62,142 nt of DNA, filler included, from 7 parts of 7 records of this genome joined end to end with filler, not necessarily neighbours in it; one strand, 5' to 3'; positions 30,146 through 40,837 are shown, counted from the first letter of the whole stretch. Program-made: numbers and translations. The notes: generated by a model from the letters alone, not told the origin.

Positions 30146-31062
30146 GTGCCGTTCAGGACACCTCCGTTCAGAAGACACCGGATGCTGAGGTGGAATCACC
30201 CTTTCGCCGGTTTGTCGCCGACTATGCCGAGAACAAGATCGCCGTCTTTGGTGCAGTCAGCGTTCTGCTTGTGGTGCTGATTGCATTGCTGGGCCCGCTG
30301 ATCTCGCCGACCGATCCATACGATCTGGCATCCGTCACCTTCATGGACAATCTGCTGTTGCCGGGCGAGCAAATGGGCAGTGGCGTTACTGCCATGCTCG
30401 GGACGGATGGTCTCGGCCGCGACATGGTCAGCGCAATGATTTACGGTCTGCGGATCAGCCTCGGTGTTGGTATCGGTAGTGGTGTCATCGCCCTGATTAT
30501 CGGCGTGAGCTTTGGCCTGTGCGCTGCTTATTTCGGCGGCAAGGTTGACACCGTTATCATGCGTATTGTGGATATCCAGCTCAGCTTTCCGGCGATCCTT
30601 GTGGCGCTGGTGTTGCTGGCGACCCTCGGTAAGGGCGTGGACAAGATCATTGCTGCGCTGGTTGTCGTGCAATGGGCCTATTACGCGCGGACAGTGCGCG
30701 GCTCGGCCCTGGTGGAGCGCCGGCGGGAATATATCGAGGCGGCTACCTGTCTCGGGCTGTCCAAGCCGCGGGTTATCTTCCGGCATATGCTGCCGAACTG
30801 CCTGCCGCCGCTGATCGTCGTCGCCACTATGCAGGTGGCACATGCGATCTCTCTGGAAGCGACCCTGTCCTTCCTCGGCCTCGGCCTCCCCGTGACGGAA
30901 CCGTCTCTCGGCCTGCTGATCGCAAACGGTTTTGAATATATCATGAGCGGGAAATACTGGATCAGTGTCTATCCGGGACTAGCCCTGCTGTTCACGATCG
31001 TGACGATCAATCTCGTTGGCGACCGTCTGCGCGACGTTCTCAATCCCCGTCTTCAGAAGTAG
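30142..31062 (+). CDS. peptide ABC transporter permease (DppC-like)
   Basis: LGTDGLGRD, EYIEAA, EATLSFLGLG, GDRLRDVLNPR. Confidence 0.93.
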   Translation: MSAVQDTSVQKTPDAEVESPFRRFVADYAENKIAVFGAVSVLLVVLIALLGPLISPTDPYDLASVTFMDNLLLPGEQMGSGVTAMLGTDGLGRDMVSAMIYGLRISLGVGIGSGVIALIIGVSFGLCAAYFGGKVDTVIMRIVDIQLSFPAILVALVLLATLGKGVDKIIAALVVVQWAYYARTVRGSALVERRREYIEAATCLGLSKPRVIFRHMLPNCLPPLIVVATMQVAHAISLEATLSFLGLGLPVTEPSLGLLIANGFEYIMSGKYWISVYPGLALLFTIVTINLVGDRLRDVLNPRLQK

Positions 31063-31073
31063 GTCCAGGTCAG

Positions 31074-31564
31074 ATGAGCGATCAAGCGACCCTCGAGGTC
31101 CGTAATCTCCAGACCCATTTCTTCACCAAAGCCGGTGTGGTTAAAGCGGTCGACGATGTTAGTTTTTCCGTTGGCAAAGGCCAGATTCTCGGGCTCGTGG
31201 GTGAGTCCGGTTCCGGCAAGACTGTAACGGGATTCTCAATTCTTGGGCTGGTCGACGAGCCGGGCCGCGTGGCTGGAGGTGAAATCCTCTATCGCGGGGA
31301 AAATCTCGTCGGTGCCAGCCAAGAGCGGATGCGGCAGTTGCGTGGCAACAACATTGCCATGATCTTCCAGGATCCGATGATGACCCTGAACCCGGTCCTG
31401 CGCATCGACACGCAGATGATCGAGGCCATCAAGGCGCATCATAAGGTCAGCGACGACGAAGCCCGTCAGCGTTCCCGCGATGCGCTCGGTCAGGTCGGTA
31501 TCCCGGCCCCGGACGAGCGTCTGAAGAGCTATCCGCACCAGTTCTCCGGCGGCATGCGCCAGCG
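31074..31564 (+). CDS. peptide ABC transporter ATP-binding protein (DppD-like), 3' truncated
   Basis: GESGSGKT Walker A, IFQDPM, YPHQFSGGMRQ. Confidence 0.93.
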
Positions 31565-31664
31565 NNNNNNNNNNNNNNNNNNNNNNNNNNNNNNNNNNNN
31601 NNNNNNNNTTAATTAATTAANNNNNNNNNNNNNNNNNNNNNNNNNNNNNNNNNNNNNNNNNNNN
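31565..31664. other. artificial contig spacer
   Basis: N44-TTAATTAATTAA-N44. Confidence 0.98.
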
Positions 31665-32033
31665 GCCGTCGCGCAGGACGATGGCGTCCTTGCCAACAAG
31701 ATCGATACGTGAAATATGGCTGTCGAGATTAACCCGAACACAGGGCCAGTTGAGGCGCGCGGCGACCTGCTCGATATGGGTGGATTTGCCGGTACCGTGA
31801 TACCCCTGCACCATAACCCGGCGGTTAAAGGCAAAACCGGCCAAAATCGCGAGTGTTGTATCATGATCGAAGACATAGGCCGGATCGAGGTCCGGCACGC
31901 GATCGGTCGATACGCTGAAGGCAGGGACTTCAAGATCACTGTCAATTTTAAAAACTTCCCGGACGGAAACCTTCGTATCGGGCAAATCAATTTTCATTTC
32001 CGGCGTTTCGCCGGCAATTTCTAAGGACGTCAT
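31665..32033 (-). CDS. cobS: aerobic cobaltochelatase subunit CobS, 3' truncated
   Basis: VQGYHGTGKSTHIEQVAARLNWPCVRVNLDSH. Confidence 0.93.
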
Positions 32034-32082
32034 AAATAGTAGTTCCGTGTCACAATTTGTGGTGTTTCTTTTACGGGCAAGC

Positions 32083-32673
32083 TTACGAGTTAGCGCAAGA
32101 TCGCAAATGTGTATAGGCCTGATTGATGTTTTTTAGTATTTCTTCGGCCTTTTTATCTCCACCACGGATATCAGGGTGGTATTTTTTTGCAAGTTCCTTA
32201 TGGCGCCGCTTGATCTGCTCAAGGCTGCTGCCGGGCTGTAAATTCAGGACGGCGAGGGCCTCCCGCTCCTTCGGATCCACTTCCGGGTGACCGTTTGCAC
32301 GGGATTTCTCAGACGTCTTATCCGAAGTTCCCATATCGTCGCGAAAATCGAACGGATCATGATACCGGTATTCGTCGCGCGGGCTTGCTGTGCGGCTTCC
32401 CAGTTTCCACGTCGGGCGGTGGCCTGTGATATCCTCGTCCTTATAACGGAGGACTTCTTCATCCGACATGCCATCAAAGAAATTCCACGATTTATTGAAC
32501 TCGCGGATATGCGCGAGGCAGAACCACTGGTAATCGGCCGGATTTCCCCGATCAAGCAGCCGGGCTTTCGGCGCCCGAAATTCCCCCACCTCGAAACAAT
32601 CCACATGATCGCATTGCCTGTGGAGTGGTTCGGGTGTGTCATCGCCAAGCGGTATTTCTCTGTTCTTCGACAT
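32083..32673 (-). CDS. J-domain protein (C-terminal HPD)
   Basis: FRAPK..WFCLAHIREFNKSWNFF, GHRPTW, KYHPD; the usual cobS neighbour. Confidence 0.88.
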   Translation of the reverse strand: MSKNREIPLGDDTPEPLHRQCDHVDCFEVGEFRAPKARLLDRGNPADYQWFCLAHIREFNKSWNFFDGMSDEEVLRYKDEDITGHRPTWKLGSRTASPRDEYRYHDPFDFRDDMGTSDKTSEKSRANGHPEVDPKEREALAVLNLQPGSSLEQIKRRHKELAKKYHPDIRGGDKKAEEILKNINQAYTHLRSCANS

Positions 32674-32896
32674 TAAATTATTATGGGCGCTGCCCGCTCC
32701 CATAGCAAGGCTGGGGCAGAAAAAGAGGTGTTTTTTAAACTCACGACGACGGTAATTGGGCAACATCTATCTACAGTGTTGGCATGACGCTAAGGACTCA
32801 GAAAAATTGTGATATTCAGTCGATGCGCAATGGAAATATCTGCTATAAACCTATCCGTAAGACAGGTGAGCAAGATAGGTAAGGAAAGCAGGCATA

Positions 32897-33154
32897 ATGT
32901 CAGTCGCAGCAACCATAGAGAATAAGCTCAACAAAGCGTTTTCCCCAACCCGCCTTGTCGTTGTCGACGAATCGCATATGCATGCAGGTCATGCAGGCGC
33001 CCGTCCCGAAGGGGAAAGCCATTTTCGGGTGGAAATAACTGCGGAGAAGTTCAAAGGAATGTCCCGCGTTGCTAGCCAACGGGCCGTGTATGAGGTTCTC
33101 TCGGAGGAGCTTAGCTCGGATATCCACGCGCTCGCGCTCAACGTGCGATCGTAA
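32897..33154 (+). CDS. bolA: BolA family protein
   Basis: DESHMHAGH, ESHF, F.GMSRV.SQR.VY, IHAL. Confidence 0.92.
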   Translation: MSVAATIENKLNKAFSPTRLVVVDESHMHAGHAGARPEGESHFRVEITAEKFKGMSRVASQRAVYEVLSEELSSDIHALALNVRS

Positions 33155-33285
33155 CTTCGCTGTTCTTGATCCGATAAAAACATCAGAAAAAACTGTTGAA
33201 CGAATTTATCACGCGCCTATATGCTCCTTTTGAGAGTTTAGTAAAAAATATGGCAACTTATAAGAGCAGCAACAGGAGCCCTAAC

Positions 33286-33552
33286 ATGACCCAGGTAAGC
33301 CAATCCCTCGTTAACCGCAATATTTCAGTCATAGATCCAAACTCAGGCCAGCCCCATCGGACCAGCATCCGGCTGGAGGAAATCGAATGGGAGGCCCTGC
33401 GCGACATTTGCGCGCGGGAAAATATGTCGATCAATGATTTCTGCTGTAGGGCGGACAGTGATGAGAGGCGCCAAGAGCATTCCCGCACTTCCCGCATACG
33501 GTCTGCCATCCTTGATCACTATCGCAACCAGAACAGAAACCTTGATTCCTGA
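33286..33552 (+). CDS. ribbon-helix-helix (RHH_4-type) DNA-binding protein
   Basis: HRTSIRLE..EWEAL.DIC, TSRIR; RBS CAGGAG. Confidence 0.78.
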   Translation: MTQVSQSLVNRNISVIDPNSGQPHRTSIRLEEIEWEALRDICARENMSINDFCCRADSDERRQEHSRTSRIRSAILDHYRNQNRNLDS

Positions 33553-33557
33553 CCGCC

Positions 33558-34433
33558 TTAAAGTAGATAGAAGAGCAATGCGGGGAGGGTGATGAAGGAG
33601 AGCAGTGTTGATATGAGCACCATCCCTGCAACATGGCTATGGGCGCGGTCATAGCGAAGCGAGAACAGATAGTTGAATACGGCGACGGGCATGCTGCATT
33701 CAAGGATCAGAACTCCGCGCTCGACCCCTTCCAGTCCGAACAGGGCGGCAAGGCCGTATCCGACGGCAAATCCCATGGCAAGCCGAAGAACTGACAGACC
33801 GGTTGCAAGACGGATGTGATTTACAGAAAGGCTCGCAAGGCTGACACCCAGGGCAAGGATCATCAAGGGAATGGTCAGGCTGCCGATAAGCTCGGTCGTA
33901 TTTATGATCCAAAGCGGGACGGGAAAAGCAAGTGCCTTCAACCCAAGTCCGATAATCACGGCATAGATAAGGGGCGTGCGAAGCAGTTGACCGGGAGAAC
34001 TAGCGCCGGAAGAAAGCCAAATGCCGAAGGTGAACTGTAAGGTGGAAAAGACGGTAAAGACGGCGATGGCAAGCGCGAGACCGGCTTCCCCGAAAGCGAA
34101 GAAACAAAGCGGCAGGCCCATATTTCCCGTATTCGGAAACATCAGGCCGGGCAGGTAATTGCGGATATTGAGGCTACTGAGCTTCAATGCCGTGACGCCA
34201 ATCAAGCAAAAGGCCAAGGCGGAAACTGCGGCGAACATTGCAAACTCAAGGAAGGCGCCTAGTTCCATATCGAGTTTGACAAGCGTCGAGAAAATCAGCA
34301 TTGGGGAGCCAACATTCGTTACCAACCCGGTTACTGTTTCCGTATGAAAGGCGCGGCCTGTCTTGGCCCAGAAAAAACCAATCCCGGCGGTGATAACGAC
34401 CGGCGCAATAATGTTGAGGAGAATTTCAAACAT
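33558..34433 (-). CDS. AEC family transporter
   Basis: FPNTGNMGLP, SMPVAV, multiple TM segments. Confidence 0.88.
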   Translation of the reverse strand: MFEILLNIIAPVVITAGIGFFWAKTGRAFHTETVTGLVTNVGSPMLIFSTLVKLDMELGAFLEFAMFAAVSALAFCLIGVTALKLSSLNIRNYLPGLMFPNTGNMGLPLCFFAFGEAGLALAIAVFTVFSTLQFTFGIWLSSGASSPGQLLRTPLIYAVIIGLGLKALAFPVPLWIINTTELIGSLTIPLMILALGVSLASLSVNHIRLATGLSVLRLAMGFAVGYGLAALFGLEGVERGVLILECSMPVAVFNYLFSLRYDRAHSHVAGMVLISTLLSFITLPALLFYLL

Positions 34434-34471
34434 ATGGGCGGAGTTTCCAGTTGGCTTGTCCGGTTGAAATT

Positions 34472-35764
34472 CTATAGCTCAAGCGAGGTGATACGAAGTT
34501 CCGTAATCTGGTTAAGATCTTTTTTGAGAATGTCAAATTTATACCCATGAAATATAAAGGCTTGCCCAATGTCCGGGATAATCTGGGCTTCATGGATGAC
34601 CAATCCGGCAACCGTCGCGGCCTCTTCATCAGGAAGCGCCCAATTGAACTGCCGGTTCAGGTCACGGATGGTAACATCGCCTTTTGTGACAATGCTGCCA
34701 TCCTTCATCAACCGGACATCGCTTACGGCAAGGTCATGTTCGTCCGCGATATCGCCGACGATTTCCTCAAGAATATCTTCGAGCGTGACCAACCCCATGA
34801 GTGCACCATATTCATCGACGACAAGGGCGAAGTGGCTCTTTCGTTCCAGAAATGCGTTGAGCTGGCTGCGCAGGGTGGTAGTTTCCGGCACGAACCATGC
34901 TTCGAGAGCGATTGATTCGATATCCAGATTCTCATAATCGCCGCCCAAGGGGATCAGGGCACGGAGCATATCCTTCGCGTGGATGATGCCAATAATATTC
35001 TCGGGGTTTTTCTTCCAGAGAGGCAATCTTGTATAGGGGCTACCAAGTACCTGATCGATAATTTCGCGGACTGGTTTTTCCGCATCGACCATTTCCACAT
35101 TCTTGCGATGAACCATGATCTCTTCAAGGTCCACCTCGTCCATATCGAGGATCGTGTCCAGCATGTAGCGTTCATGCATGATAACGCCGGCATCTTCCGA
35201 ATGCAGCTCGATCGCTCCGCGCAATTCATCCTGCGCGGCATCCGTTAATGTATCACTGTCGCCGTCGCCCCCCTTAATGCCCATCAGGCTTAGGGTTACA
35301 TCGACGATATAGTTAATACCCATAACCACGGGCGAGAGGAGGAAGACTGCCGGTCGCAGTACGGGCGCGACGAAGAGTGCGACGGGGATCGTCCGCCGGA
35401 GTGCAATGGTTTTTGGCAGAACCTCCGCAAAGACCAGCACAAGAACGGTCATGATAAGGGTCGCATAGGCAACGCCAATATCTCCGAACAGGGAAATGAA
35501 AATGCTGGTCGCAAGGGCGGAAGCCAGGATATTGACCAGGTTATTGCCAAGCAGAATGGCGCTGATAAGTTTCGTGTGCTTGTCGCGGAGCCGGTTTACA
35601 AGCCCGGCTCTGTGATTGCCGGATTGCTCCATCTGATGCAGGCGGGCGCGGGACGCCCCCGTCAGCGCAGTTTCCGAGCCCGAAAAGAAAGCGGAAAGCA
35701 CTAAAAGCAGAAAAATTGCGAGCGGGAGGAGGAACAATTCCAAATTTATTTCACCCGTGTCCAT
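34472..35764 (-). CDS. HlyC/CorC (CNNM-CBS) Mg2+/Co2+ transporter
   Basis: SAFFSGSETAL, FAEVLPK, CBS pair, ALVVDEYG, VTLEDILEEIVGDI. Confidence 0.93.
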   Translation of the reverse strand: MDTGEINLELFLLPLAIFLLLVLSAFFSGSETALTGASRARLHQMEQSGNHRAGLVNRLRDKHTKLISAILLGNNLVNILASALATSIFISLFGDIGVAYATLIMTVLVLVFAEVLPKTIALRRTIPVALFVAPVLRPAVFLLSPVVMGINYIVDVTLSLMGIKGGDGDSDTLTDAAQDELRGAIELHSEDAGVIMHERYMLDTILDMDEVDLEEIMVHRKNVEMVDAEKPVREIIDQVLGSPYTRLPLWKKNPENIIGIIHAKDMLRALIPLGGDYENLDIESIALEAWFVPETTTLRSQLNAFLERKSHFALVVDEYGALMGLVTLEDILEEIVGDIADEHDLAVSDVRLMKDGSIVTKGDVTIRDLNRQFNWALPDEEAATVAGLVIHEAQIIPDIGQAFIFHGYKFDILKKDLNQITELRITSLEL

Positions 35765-35773
35765 TTCCTTGTT

Positions 35774-36913
35774 CTATTCCTGTAGTTCCTGTCGAAGGAG
35801 CGACAGGATATCCGATTCATCGATTGTTTTTGTGCTGAAAGCGTCGCCAATGGCGTTCATGAGGATAAGTGTGATTTTGCCGCCACTGATTTTCTTATCC
35901 TGCCGCATATGAGCGAGCAGTTTTTCTGCCGTCCAGGTAACGCCATCAATTTTCGGGACTGCAACAGGCAGCCCGATAGAAATAAAATGCGCACGAATTC
36001 GTCCGCAGTCCTGACGATTGAGCAGCCCGAGGCTCACGGATAGTTCCGCCGCCATGATCATGCCAATTGCGACGGCCTCCCCATGATTGAGGTGCGGGCC
36101 ATAGCCGGTTTCCGCCTCTAACGCATGCCCGAATGTATGGCCAAGGTTTAGGAGTGCCCTTACACCGCCTTCACGTTCGTCCAAAGCCACGATGCGGGCC
36201 TTGGCTTTCACGCTTTGCTCTACGGCATAAATGCGCGCGGCGGTATCGCCCTCAATCACCTTCCGACCATTCGCTTCGAGCCATTCGAAAAATGCATAGT
36301 CGCCGAGCAGGCCATATTTCACGACCTCGGCATAACCCGCCAAAACCTCGCGATGTGGCAGGCTGTCCAATGTTGAGATATCAGCGAGCACCAGACGCGG
36401 TTGGTAAAAGGCACCGATGAGGTTCTTGCCCTGAGGTGCGTTAATACCGGTCTTGCCTCCGACTGAGCTGTCAACCTGGGACAGCAAGGTCGTTGGTATC
36501 TGGATAAAATCCACACCCCGGCGTAAAGTGGCCGCAGCAAAACCCGTGAGGTCGCCGATGACGCCGCCGCCAAGAGCGATCAAAGCCTCGTCCCTTTGAA
36601 TGCGGCTATCCAGAAGGCGGCTCATTAAATCGCTATAGGTCGCGATACTCTTGCTCCCTTCACCGGCTGGAAAGACAAGAGCGCTATGCTCGATCCCGGT
36701 ATCGGTCAAGGAAGTTTGCAGGCTTTCCAGGTGAACCGCTGCGACATTTTCATCCGTGACAACGGCGACGCGTGGATTTTTCAGGATATTCCGCAACGTC
36801 GCGCCAGCGCCGCCAATCAGATCAGTGCCGATGAGAATGTTATAGGAGCGCGCGCCCAGTGCAACCTGTACTTCTGCGAATGTCGAGGCGGATTCTGCGG
36901 GTAAGGATGTCAT
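35774..36913 (-). CDS. aroB: 3-dehydroquinate synthase
   Basis: GGGVIGDLTGF, QVDSSVGGKTGIN, LNLGHTFGHA, HGEAVAIG. Confidence 0.97.
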   Translation of the reverse strand: MTSLPAESASTFAEVQVALGARSYNILIGTDLIGGAGATLRNILKNPRVAVVTDENVAAVHLESLQTSLTDTGIEHSALVFPAGEGSKSIATYSDLMSRLLDSRIQRDEALIALGGGVIGDLTGFAAATLRRGVDFIQIPTTLLSQVDSSVGGKTGINAPQGKNLIGAFYQPRLVLADISTLDSLPHREVLAGYAEVVKYGLLGDYAFFEWLEANGRKVIEGDTAARIYAVEQSVKAKARIVALDEREGGVRALLNLGHTFGHALEAETGYGPHLNHGEAVAIGMIMAAELSVSLGLLNRQDCGRIRAHFISIGLPVAVPKIDGVTWTAEKLLAHMRQDKKISGGKITLILMNAIGDAFSTKTIDESDILSLLRQELQE

Positions 36914-37503
36914 TTGCTACCTGAAGTGTCTTGGACCGATGATAGGTTTTTCAGCGCAGCGATGATCTTGTCGACCACAATTTCATGCGGGCCATCGCCA
37001 CTGTCGACCGTGATATCCGCCTCGGCATAGACCGGATACCGCGTGTCCATCAGGTCCTTTAAAATAGTTTTTGGATCGCCTGTTTTTAAAAGTGGGCGAT
37101 TGTTGCGTTTCATGCAGCGTTTATAAATGACATCAAGCTCCGCACGCAACCAGATTGAACAGCCCTTTTGGGCAATAAGGGCGCGCGTCTTCGGGTCCAT
37201 GAACGCCCCGCCGCCGGTTGCCAGAACATGCCGGGGCTCTTTAAGCAGGCGAGCGATGACCTTCCGTTCGCCTTCACGAAAAGACGCCTCCCCATGAATA
37301 TCGAAGAATTCTGGCACGGAGAGATTGGACGCGGTTTCAATCTCCGTATCCGCGTCTTTAAACGGTAAGCCGAGTTGGGTCGCGAGACGCCGCCCGACAG
37401 AACTCTTCCCGGCACCCATCAGGCCGACCAACACGATGGGCCTGGTTTCAAAATCATCAACCGGAGCGGCAGAACCGGCTTCGGCAACTTGTATCTTATT
37501 CAT
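36910..37503 (-). CDS. aroK: shikimate kinase
   Basis: GLMGAGKSSVG, FREGE, ATGGG, RPLL. Confidence 0.96.
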   Translation of the reverse strand: MNKIQVAEAGSAAPVDDFETRPIVLVGLMGAGKSSVGRRLATQLGLPFKDADTEIETASNLSVPEFFDIHGEASFREGERKVIARLLKEPRHVLATGGGAFMDPKTRALIAQKGCSIWLRAELDVIYKRCMKRNNRPLLKTGDPKTILKDLMDTRYPVYAEADITVDSGDGPHEIVVDKIIAALKNLSSVQDTSGSK

Positions 37504-37712
37504 CCTATCACTTTTTTTCAGCGGTCAGGCGATCCCTCCGCTTAATCCCAGCGGCACAATATCTTTGCTAAGGTTATTGATGTAATTCGCCGAACCGTGC
37601 TAATCAATAAAGCCAATTTTTACCATAATCGCAGCTTAGTGCTTTAAATAGCAACAGTTTGCCTAACATGCACTCATTTTTGGTGCTCTGATTTCGGAAA
37701 TAGTGATCGAAT

Positions 37713-37853
37713 ATGTCTAAGTTTTCCCTTTTCCTGCTATTTTTGGTGGCTGCTGCGGTTATTGGCGGCGGTGTGTTCCTCTCCGCCTGGGATATTCCTG
37801 CGCCGACGGTAAAAGTTGAGAAGGTTATTCCGAATGACCAGTTCCCGAAATAG
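37713..37853 (+). CDS. 46-aa single-TM small protein (not in the ORF track)
   Basis: MSKFSLFLLFLVAAAVIGGGVFLSAWDIPAPTVKVEKVIPNDQFPK*; overlaps the start of the next gene. Confidence 0.75.
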   Translation: MSKFSLFLLFLVAAAVIGGGVFLSAWDIPAPTVKVEKVIPNDQFPK

Positions 37854-39636
37854 ATTCAGGCTTTTATTCGGCACTGGCCTGTTAATTGCGGGCCTGACGG
37901 CTATGGCGCCGATAGCAGCGGCGCAGGATAAGCCGCTTAATCTGGTGCCGTCGCTTGGAAAAGCTACACCGGCAACGAATACTGACAAGGCTCCTGTGAG
38001 TTCTGCCCCAATAACGTCGGCGCCACAAAAAAATGTGCTGGAGGGGAACCGTATCAAGGGGGCTGTTGTTGTGCAGTCACTCGGCGGGTTGAACCCTGCC
38101 TCCATTGGCACTTTGAGCGCGACAAATGGCGGGTTGGGATCGGATATGTGGCAGGGATCATCCCAGGGCCGCATCCAGACCTTGCTTGAGTATTTGCCGG
38201 TTCCGCATGAATCTCCTGAATTACAGAAACTCTATCGCCGCTTGCTGCTTACGTCAGCCGCAATTCCACAGGGGCAGGGCCAGCCGACGGAACTGATTAG
38301 ATTGCGGCTTGAAAAACTGCTGGCTGCCGGTCTGGTGACGGATGCGTCGGATCTGGTGAGCCGGGTCCCTGCCTCCAGCATGACGCCCGAGCTTAACCGT
38401 ATTGCAACCGAAGTTCTGCTGCTTCAGGGGCAGAATGAACAGGCCTGCAAAGTCGTTGATCGCACCAAAGCTGCAACTGCCGATAATTTTTGGACCAAGG
38501 CGGATGTTTTCTGCAATATCGTTGCGGGCAATATGCCTCGGGCGGAGATTGGCATCACGCTGCTGGACGAAACAGCGGGCGAAGATGCGCTGTTCTTTGC
38601 GCTCTATGACCGGCTGGCCGGCGGCAATGCCGACCTCCCTGAAACGGACCAACCTCTCACCGCGCTGCATTTCGCGATGATAAGCCTTGCCAAGGCTGCA
38701 CCGTCTGTCGCGGTGCTTGAGAGGGCGGGAAATGCGTTCCTCTGGGCGCTCGCGATGGATAAGACGGCGGATGTCAACGCGAGATTTACCGCAGCCTATA
38801 AATCGCTTTCCATCGGAAGTATCCCGGCTCTCCTGTCCCGGCGCCTTATCAATGAAGGCGCCTTTCTGTTAGAGACGGAAGAAAACCCCAGCCTCGGCCA
38901 GATTGCGGCGCTCTATCGGGACGCATTAGGGGCCTCTGCCGATGCTGAAAAAACTCGCCTGCTTGGGGACCTTTGGGCAGCTGGTGAGCGGGATGGCTCT
39001 TATCTGGCGGCCGCTGATCTGTCCATGCCACTCCTGTCCGGGATGACGGCTGCGGAATATGGCGATGTGTTCGAACTGGACGCCTTGCGTCTCTCTCTCG
39101 TCGGAAAGGAAGAGGCGACCGCAGCACTATGGGAGCGTGCCGTTCGCCGCGGCGCGCTTCGGGGTGATTTCGCGGAGCGGGAAACAGCGCGGAAATTTAT
39201 CGCCCGCGCGGACGCCTATATGCTCATCTCCGGTACGACAGGCATTGCACGCTGGAACGCCGTCAATTTCGACGCTGAGGATTTTGATCATAGTGGCGCT
39301 GCCGCGCCCGGTGATAATGCCGGGCTGTATCTTGCTATTCTCGATGTGATGGGTGAGCCGGTTCCGGATGATCTCTGGGCCATTGCACTTGACGCAGGCC
39401 AAGCCTCAAGGCCGGGTTTTTCCAACATTGTGATCGAGCGGAACCTCCATTCTGCCGCCGAGGCGGGGCTGATCGGGGAAACCGTGGCCCTCTCTATTGC
39501 GGCAATTGGATCGGAAGGGCCCGGCAAGACGTCAAGTGAGACTTTGGTTGCGGTTATCCGCGCGCTGAAGGCTATCGGGCTCGAAGCCGAGGCTCGTCAA
39601 CTCGCATTAGAGGCCGCCGTTTCGCGGAACCTTTAA
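37834..39636 (+). CDS. secreted alpha-helical hypothetical protein upstream of xerD
   Basis: Signal peptide, GLGSDMWQGS motif, RRLLLT; ATG at 37834. Confidence 0.75.
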   Translation: MTSSRNRFRLLFGTGLLIAGLTAMAPIAAAQDKPLNLVPSLGKATPATNTDKAPVSSAPITSAPQKNVLEGNRIKGAVVVQSLGGLNPASIGTLSATNGGLGSDMWQGSSQGRIQTLLEYLPVPHESPELQKLYRRLLLTSAAIPQGQGQPTELIRLRLEKLLAAGLVTDASDLVSRVPASSMTPELNRIATEVLLLQGQNEQACKVVDRTKAATADNFWTKADVFCNIVAGNMPRAEIGITLLDETAGEDALFFALYDRLAGGNADLPETDQPLTALHFAMISLAKAAPSVAVLERAGNAFLWALAMDKTADVNARFTAAYKSLSIGSIPALLSRRLINEGAFLLETEENPSLGQIAALYRDALGASADAEKTRLLGDLWAAGERDGSYLAAADLSMPLLSGMTAAEYGDVFELDALRLSLVGKEEATAALWERAVRRGALRGDFAERETARKFIARADAYMLISGTTGIARWNAVNFDAEDFDHSGAAAPGDNAGLYLAILDVMGEPVPDDLWAIALDAGQASRPGFSNIVIERNLHSAAEAGLIGETVALSIAAIGSEGPGKTSSETLVAVIRALKAIGLEAEARQLALEAAVSRNL

Positions 39637-39637
39637 G

Positions 39638-40531
39638 GTGACCCGCCATTATATCGAGGGTTTCCTTGAAATGCTCCTCACCGAGCGGGGAGCCGCGGAA
39701 AACACCCTGTCCGGATATCGTCGGGACCTCAATGATTTCGAGAGCTTCGCCCTTCGGTGCGGAAAGAACCTCTCGGTCGTATCATCAAAGGATATTCAGG
39801 CCTATCTCAAGCTTCTGGATGACAGCGGTCTGAAAGCATCCACCCAGGCACGACGCTTGAGTGCGATACGTCAGCTTTTCTCTTATCTATTGGGGGAGGA
39901 TATTCGCCATGATGATCCCGCGCTGAACATTGATAGCCCGCGCGCGGGACGTCGTTTGCCGAAGTATCTGACGGAAGCTGAGGTGGACGGCCTGCTGGCG
40001 GCGGCAGAAGGGGATACGCCGGAAAAAAGGCGGCTCCTGTCTCTGCTTCATCTGTTGTATGCGACCGGCCTCCGCGTGACGGAGCTTGTATCCCTGCCGT
40101 TTCCGGCGCTGCGGGAGCAGGATCGGTTTCTCATTGTCCGAGGTAAGGGCAATAAGGAACGGCTGGTGCCGGTGAATGATACCTCCAAACAGGCGCTGGG
40201 TCGATATCTTGAAGTGCGGGACGTTTTCTGCCCGGATGGCGCTCATTCAAAATGGCTCTATCCGTCACGGGGCGGGCAGGGGTTTCTCACGCGCCAACGA
40301 CTGGGCCAGCTTCTAAAAGAATTGGCGATTGAGGCAAATATTGATTCCGCCAAAGTTTCCCCGCATGTTTTGCGGCACGCTTTTGCGAGCCATTTGCTCG
40401 CCCATGGGGCCGATCTTCGAAGCCTTCAGAAGATGCTGGGGCATTCCGATATTTCGACGACCCAGATCTACACCCATGTTCTGCAGGAACGGCTGAAGGA
40501 AATTGTTACAACCCACCACCCCCTTGCATGA
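39638..40531 (+). CDS. xerD: tyrosine recombinase XerD
   Basis: YATGLRVTEL, GKGNKER, SPHVLRHAFASH, LGHSDISTTQIYTH; lies beside aroK/aroB. Confidence 0.92.
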   Translation: MTRHYIEGFLEMLLTERGAAENTLSGYRRDLNDFESFALRCGKNLSVVSSKDIQAYLKLLDDSGLKASTQARRLSAIRQLFSYLLGEDIRHDDPALNIDSPRAGRRLPKYLTEAEVDGLLAAAEGDTPEKRRLLSLLHLLYATGLRVTELVSLPFPALREQDRFLIVRGKGNKERLVPVNDTSKQALGRYLEVRDVFCPDGAHSKWLYPSRGGQGFLTRQRLGQLLKELAIEANIDSAKVSPHVLRHAFASHLLAHGADLRSLQKMLGHSDISTTQIYTHVLQERLKEIVTTHHPLA

Positions 40532-40629
40532 TGAAAATTTATTTGGGGGAAAACTTGACTCTGTCTTCCGGCTAACGCAATTTCCTCCCAACTAATTCAC
40601 AAACTCATATTGAAGAAAGTGTAAAACTC

Positions 40630-40837
40630 ATGAGCTTTACTGTTCCGGAACCTTGCGTCTCGCGCCTGAACCGTTGTGAACTTGCCGTTCCCGGTTCCAG
40701 CCCGCATATGTTTGAAAAGGCCGCTAAGTCCGATGCGGATGCTATTTTCCTCGATCTGGAGGATGCGGTTGCGCCGAATGATAAGGCGCAGGCGCGCAAG
40801 AATATCATCGAAGCCCTGCATGATATCGATTGGGGCG
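40630..40837 (+). CDS. CoA ester lyase (malyl-CoA/citrate lyase beta family), 3' truncated
   Basis: RLNRCELAVPGS, FLDLEDAVAP. Confidence 0.88.

Noticed and set aside
39638-40531. Phage or island integrase
   Set aside because: Sequence and aroK/aroB context fit housekeeping XerD; no att sites or phage genes are seen.
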